Shown piece by piece: positions 59,889 through 64,000 of a DNA stretch of 64,000 nt. This DNA is from an uncultured Erysipelotrichaceae bacterium. Lineage in GTDB: Bacteria > Bacillota_I > Bacilli_A > RF39 > UBA660. The translations under genes and the position numbers were made by a program. How positions within the stretch are numbered: position 1 is the first letter of the stretch; each line of letters starts with the position of its first letter. The DNA lies in the NCBI GenBank assembly GCA_902778125.1, contig CACYWH010000002.1, positions 974 to 64,973 of the forward strand, given 5' to 3'. The notes beneath the pieces were generated by a model. That model searched no databases. It was not told where the DNA came from and was given only the letters and a program-made list of their open reading frames with translations.

Positions 59889-60797
59889 TTAACTGCATGG
59901 GATAAGATTTGCGACATCAATTGAACAATTAACAGAACGCATATTATCATATTTACCAGCTGTTGTTGAATTAGTAAACTGTATAATATTTGTAGTTCCA
60001 TTAACTGTTAAATTATATACTTTAGATTGTGCCAATGTTACTGATTGTTGAGCATGTTGATAACTTCCGTATGCATCAAATGGATCCAAACTTGTATTAA
60101 CAACTAATGTTAAGCCACTTGACATTGATGTGCCACCAGTAGGTAAAGGCATACTTAATCCTACGCCACCATTTCCAGAAATATTTCTTACATTACTACT
60201 GCTTCCAGTATAACTTTGAACTATTGTTCCATCTTTCTTTAAATATCCTGAAATATTATTTATATTAATTGTATAACTCTTATTTGGTTTTATTGCAATA
60301 ACATCATGTGAACGAGTAGCAGGCATAGTTAACCATTCAAGAGTAACAGTTATTGTTCTAGTTGTTGACCAAGAAGCGGTAATGTCAATTGTAATTTTTT
60401 TATATGTTGTTTGATGTGTTGGATATCCTCTCAAAACAACTGGATTTTGAGAGTTACTTTCTGCCTCCTCTTTAGATACTTCAGTGTCATATTGAAACAA
60501 TATATTTCCTAAAGGATCAAGTATAGTATCTGTTCTAATATAAGTTACTTTCCCCTTATTACCAAATAATGTTTCATCATCTGCAAGAACATCTGCCATT
60601 TCTTGTGTAAATGTAGCAATAGTATCCTCATTAAAAACTCTTATTAGATTATCATATTGCTTTTTAGTAAATTGAACTCCATTAACATTTGTGTAAAAAG
60701 TCTTTTCATTCTCATTTTCTTTAGCAGAAACACTTATAAAACTTGAAAAAACAAAAATAAAAATGAATATAAAAATTATAATTTTTCTTTTTTTCAT
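59889..60797 (-). CDS. Secreted protein of unknown function (302 aa)
   Basis: Its signal peptide ends in VSA-KE. The body is beta-rich and T/S/N-rich. SD is AGAAAGGGA. Confidence 0.5.
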   Translation of the reverse strand: MKKRKIIIFIFIFIFVFSSFISVSAKENENEKTFYTNVNGVQFTKKQYDNLIRVFNEDTIATFTQEMADVLADDETLFGNKGKVTYIRTDTILDPLGNILFQYDTEVSKEEAESNSQNPVVLRGYPTHQTTYKKITIDITASWSTTRTITVTLEWLTMPATRSHDVIAIKPNKSYTININNISGYLKKDGTIVQSYTGSSSNVRNISGNGGVGLSMPLPTGGTSMSSGLTLVVNTSLDPFDAYGSYQHAQQSVTLAQSKVYNLTVNGTTNIIQFTNSTTAGKYDNMRSVNCSIDVANLIPCS

Positions 60798-61029
60798 ATT
60801 TTTCCCTTTCTATTAAGGTATATATAGTTATCAATATCACTTCCTTTCTGACTAAATAAGTCTATTTTATATATAACTTAATTACGTATTAATTATATCA
60901 CAATTTAAATTATTTATAGCATTATTATTATTCATATTTATTTTCTTATATATTATATAATGAATTATTTCATCACATATAAATTCATATTCTTCTGTTG
61001 TAATAACTTTACCATATTTTTGTATAATT

Positions 61030-61051
61030 AAAAACTGATATTAAAATCAGT
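61030..61051 (-). terminator. Terminator directly after the extended ORF
   Basis: The stem ACTGAT/ATCAGT is followed by a T5 run. It overlaps the TGA at 61047-61049. Confidence 0.5.
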
Positions 61052-61538
61052 TCATTTCATTCTTTATTCTTTCGGGACAATTAAATGAATCATAAAACCA
61101 TCCATATTTATCATAATATTCTTCATAATCTTTTTTAGTTTCTATACCACGCTCACATAAAACATGAAGTAATATTTCTTCATATAATTTATCTTCATAT
61201 TTTTTACATTTAAGATAAACATTAGCATCCCACTAATTATCTTTGGCAAATCCTTCAATTGATACTCTACAATATGATTTTTTATCTACATCTAGTATTA
61301 TTTTTTTATCTGCACCTCTATGAAGTGGATTTACAATATCATCTTCATATAAGTATGCTTTTTTACCATTTTCAGGAACTCTTGTTATTGTTAAATATGT
61401 AATTGCTTCTTCTTTTACATCACTTTTAATCTGATTATATCTTTCTATTTCTTTTTTATGATTAATATTGATTAGAAAAATAACAACACTAGTTAACAAT
61501 ATAAATATTATCAAAATAATTATAATCTTCTTTTTCAT
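61047..61538 (-). pseudogene. 164-codon reading frame interrupted by an in-frame TAG (101-aa membrane-anchored N-terminal part at 61233-61538 stays intact)
   Basis: After the TAG at 61233-61235 the same frame stays open for 61 codons (WDANVYLKCKKYEDKLYEEILLHVLCERGIETKKDYEEYYDKYGWFYDSFNCPERIKNEMN). That stretch has no start codon or SD of its own. The terminator follows its TGA. Confidence 0.45.
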
Positions 61539-61540
61539 GC

Positions 61541-62539
61541 TTACTCCAAAATTACATTTTTTTCATATTTTGATAAATAATTATCATCTAATATTAACTT
61601 TTTATCTTTTATTGTAAATGTAGAAACTTTAGGAATGATAGATTTGTCAATACAATCCTTCATATTAACTCTATAATAAATTAACTTATCATCTTTTATT
61701 TCATATGTTCCTTCTGAATCTTCAATTACATACCATACCTTTCTATCTTTAGCAGGCTTCAATACCATAAATTTTATTAGAAAATCATATTCACTCTTTG
61801 TAGCTAAACTTGTTCCAAGTCCACCATCAAGTAATGATATTTTAACTTCATTTAAATCTATATTTTTTAGATTGTTTTTATTATTAGTATATTCATGTCC
61901 TAGTATTATATATTTAGAATAATCTTCTAATTTACTAATATAGCAGTAATCTCCAATAGATATTTGATAATCAATACTGCTATATAATATTTTATCTTTA
62001 ACTTTATAATTGATAATAGAAATATTACTTTTCTCATCAAAATAATAAATAGTATCATTACAAGTAGAATATTTTAATGTTTTTAAATATTTTTTTATTT
62101 CAGATTCTAAAACATTACTACCCCTTAAATTTTTAAAAGAAAAACTTCTATCATTATTTCTCATCATAAAGGACATTTTAGGAACACCAAGTTTAATTTT
62201 TTGATTACCATAATCATAATTATAATCAATATTAATTATTTTATATCCTAAATAAATATTTTTAAAAACTATAATTAATAAAATAATGATTACTAAACAT
62301 ACTGGAATAATAATATATTTTTTATTAATCGATTTTTTACCTTTAATTATTTCAGAAATATCTAAATTATAATAATTAGACAACTCTTTTAACATAGTAA
62401 TATCAGGTAAGCATATTCCTCTTTCCCATTTACTAATTAAAGATCTATCAACATGTAAATCATTTGCAAGTTCTTCTTGACTAATATTTTTCTTTAATCT
62501 TAAATCTTTTAAGAATCTTGTAATTTCATCTTTTCTCAT
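61541..62539 (-). CDS. XRE-family HTH, TM helix and extracytoplasmic domain protein
   Basis: The HTH reads ISQEELANDLHVDRSLISKWERG. It has one TM helix (YIIIPVCLVIIILLIIVF). The start was moved behind AAGGAG. Confidence 0.65.
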   Translation of the reverse strand: MRKDEITRFLKDLRLKKNISQEELANDLHVDRSLISKWERGICLPDITMLKELSNYYNLDISEIIKGKKSINKKYIIIPVCLVIIILLIIVFKNIYLGYKIINIDYNYDYGNQKIKLGVPKMSFMMRNNDRSFSFKNLRGSNVLESEIKKYLKTLKYSTCNDTIYYFDEKSNISIINYKVKDKILYSSIDYQISIGDYCYISKLEDYSKYIILGHEYTNNKNNLKNIDLNEVKISLLDGGLGTSLATKSEYDFLIKFMVLKPAKDRKVWYVIEDSEGTYEIKDDKLIYYRVNMKDCIDKSIIPKVSTFTIKDKKLILDDNYLSKYEKNVILE

Positions 62540-62716
62540 AATATCTCCTTGCAATTAAATTATATAATTATTGTAATAAAAAAGATAGGGAATAAAATTC
62601 CCATATCAATTTAACCAATTTGATAATTAAACTTATAATCTATAAGTCGCTTTTTTTATTTTTTTAAACCTATATTTTTTTATAGGTTGAATTTTTACAA
62701 AAATCCGACCTATAAA

Positions 62717-64000
62717 TTATTTATTTAAAATATAATATGTACTTTTACCAGATCCCTCTTTAACAATATCATTACTATTCAACAATTTACTTAATATTTC
62801 CTTAGAACGAGTTCCAGCTATATTTAATAATTTTTCAACTTCAGCACGAGTAATTGAATTGTTTATTTTTAAGTATTCAATAATCTTTTCTTCCTGAGTT
62901 TTTTCTTTTTCACAATTTGTTATTTCATTCGGTTTAACATAATTCTTATTTGGTAAGACAATTTTAAATACATTCTCTGATAATTCGATTTTTGGCTTTA
63001 TATCAAAATCATTATATTCTTCTAAAATTCTTCCTATTCCTGTACCATAATTTTCAACATAATCTAATCTATGAAATAATTCTGCTAAATTAGGATTTCT
63101 AGATTCAGATACACCATTATAAACATCATTTAGTGATAATGTACTTAATAATCCACCTGTTGAATTTATTTCGATTCTATCATCAAATATTGATAATAAA
63201 ATACTTCCAGAAAAATTATAATCTCTATGCATAATTGCATTAAGTAAAGCTTCTCTTAATGAATAACTAGGATAATCTTTTTTATCTACTCTTTGAAACC
63301 CTTTAAAATCAGATCTAATTCTATTTGATAATTCCATATAATGTTCAGTATCTTCAATTATTTTTAAGTATGAACCAGTCATTTCTTTTCTATCTATGAA
63401 TATTGTTTTGTTTGTTCCTTGAAATATAGCACACTTAATTGTATATGGATTCTGATCTGATAATAATAATGCCAAGTTATTATATTTTCCATCAGTTATC
63501 ATTTTTAAACTTTTATATTTGTTTTCTGAAAACTCAATCTTTTTACTATCAAAAATAGTTTTAGCATAATTAAATGTTAAATTTTGTTCTTTACTTATTT
63601 CTTCTTCAAAATTTCTTTCAGATGATTCAATCATCATTTTTCTTATTATTTCATCACTTGCTTGAATTGATGAAGAACCATGTCTAATATATACTCCACT
63701 TGGTTTTAATCCTTTATCAGCTAAATAATAAGGCTTTTCAGGAGCAGATGTTATATGCAATTCGATTATATCTTTTCCATCAACATTTTTAGGTTCTATA
63801 TTTGTATATGTGGTTAAATTTCTAACAATTCCATCTCTAATCATTCCACTTAAGGATTCTATGTCATCATCTATATTATCTAAGCCTTTTATTTTACCAT
63901 CATCTGTAATTCCTATATAAATCGTTCCACCTTTTGAATTAGCAAATGCCACAATTTCTTTTTTTATATTTTTATTAAGTTCTTGTTTTAATTCAATTGT
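62717..64000 (-). CDS. AlbA_2 (Schlafen-type) domain, HATPase_c_4-like domain and C-terminal wHTH protein; the N-terminus lies beyond the window end
   Basis: The frame stays open upstream of the track's ATG (..TIELKQELNKNIKKEIVAFANSKGGTIYIGITDDGKIKG). It contains REALLNAIMHRDY and ENYGTGIGRI motifs and a C-terminal wHTH. Confidence 0.6.
   Translation of the reverse strand, partial: TIELKQELNKNIKKEIVAFANSKGGTIYIGITDDGKIKGLDNIDDDIESLSGMIRDGIVRNLTTYTNIEPKNVDGKDIIELHITSAPEKPYYLADKGLKPSGVYIRHGSSSIQASDEIIRKMMIESSERNFEEEISKEQNLTFNYAKTIFDSKKIEFSENKYKSLKMITDGKYNNLALLLSDQNPYTIKCAIFQGTNKTIFIDRKEMTGSYLKIIEDTEHYMELSNRIRSDFKGFQRVDKKDYPSYSLREALLNAIMHRDYNFSGSILLSIFDDRIEINSTGGLLSTLSLNDVYNGVSESRNPNLAELFHRLDYVENYGTGIGRILEEYNDFDIKPKIELSENVFKIVLPNKNYVKPNEITNCEKEKTQEEKIIEYLKINNSITRAEVEKLLNIAGTRSKEILSKLLNSNDIVKEGSGKSTYYILNK

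Noticed and set aside
61233-61235. TAG reassignment (pyrrolysine or another sense reading) as the explanation for the in-frame TAG.
   Set aside because: rpsO (5303-5572) terminates at TAG at its conserved C-terminus (..LNLRK). No pyl-type genes are visible. A nonsense mutation or local readthrough is more likely.
1-64000. CRISPR arrays, tRNA or rRNA genes, integrases, transposases, prophage modules and long tandem repeats.
   Set aside because: I saw none while reading both strands. Repeats are limited to short terminator palindromes and the three small homologous units. A computational scan (tRNAscan, Infernal, a CRISPR finder) is still needed to be sure.

Overview
This is an AT-rich chromosomal segment from a low-GC Bacillota-type genome, possibly Erysipelotrichales- or Clostridia-like. 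It uses the standard bacterial genetic code: TAA, TGA and TAG all serve as real stops, and rpsO ends in TAG. About 90% of the genes are on the minus strand. Several starts in the ORF track were moved to the ATG or GTG that sits behind a clear Shine-Dalgarno sequence.

Core genes:
- comEC (N-terminal fragment) and comEA
- rpsO-pnp
- the str operon rpsL-rpsG-fusA-tuf
- der, pdp, deoD, ftsK/spoIIIE, ezrA, helD and gpmA
- a short SSB paralog with no acidic tail
- two paralogous M16 peptidase pairs

Accessory or unusual content:
- A five-gene operon (5.8-11.9 kb) encoding TelA, an XpaC-like protein, a PBP-vWA(MIDAS) protein, a PBP-like protein and an AAA+ ATPase.
- Two surface proteins with C. difficile-type sorting signals (NVHTG and SPKTG). 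One of them is a Cys-Gln thioester-domain adhesin.
- A monocistronic HerA-like ATPase.
- A membrane protein with Rossmann and RyR domains.
- A TetR-controlled MMPL transporter fused in frame to a 730-aa signal-peptide-bearing coiled-coil protein.
- Four XRE-HTH membrane-anchored regulators between 49.7 and 62.6 kb, one of which is disrupted.
- Three homologous promoter-to-terminator units of about 100 nt that are candidate small RNAs.
- An AlbA_2/Schlafen-type gene running off the window edge.

I found no rRNA, tRNA, CRISPR array, integrase or transposase. All domain calls come from motifs read by eye and need profile searches to confirm.
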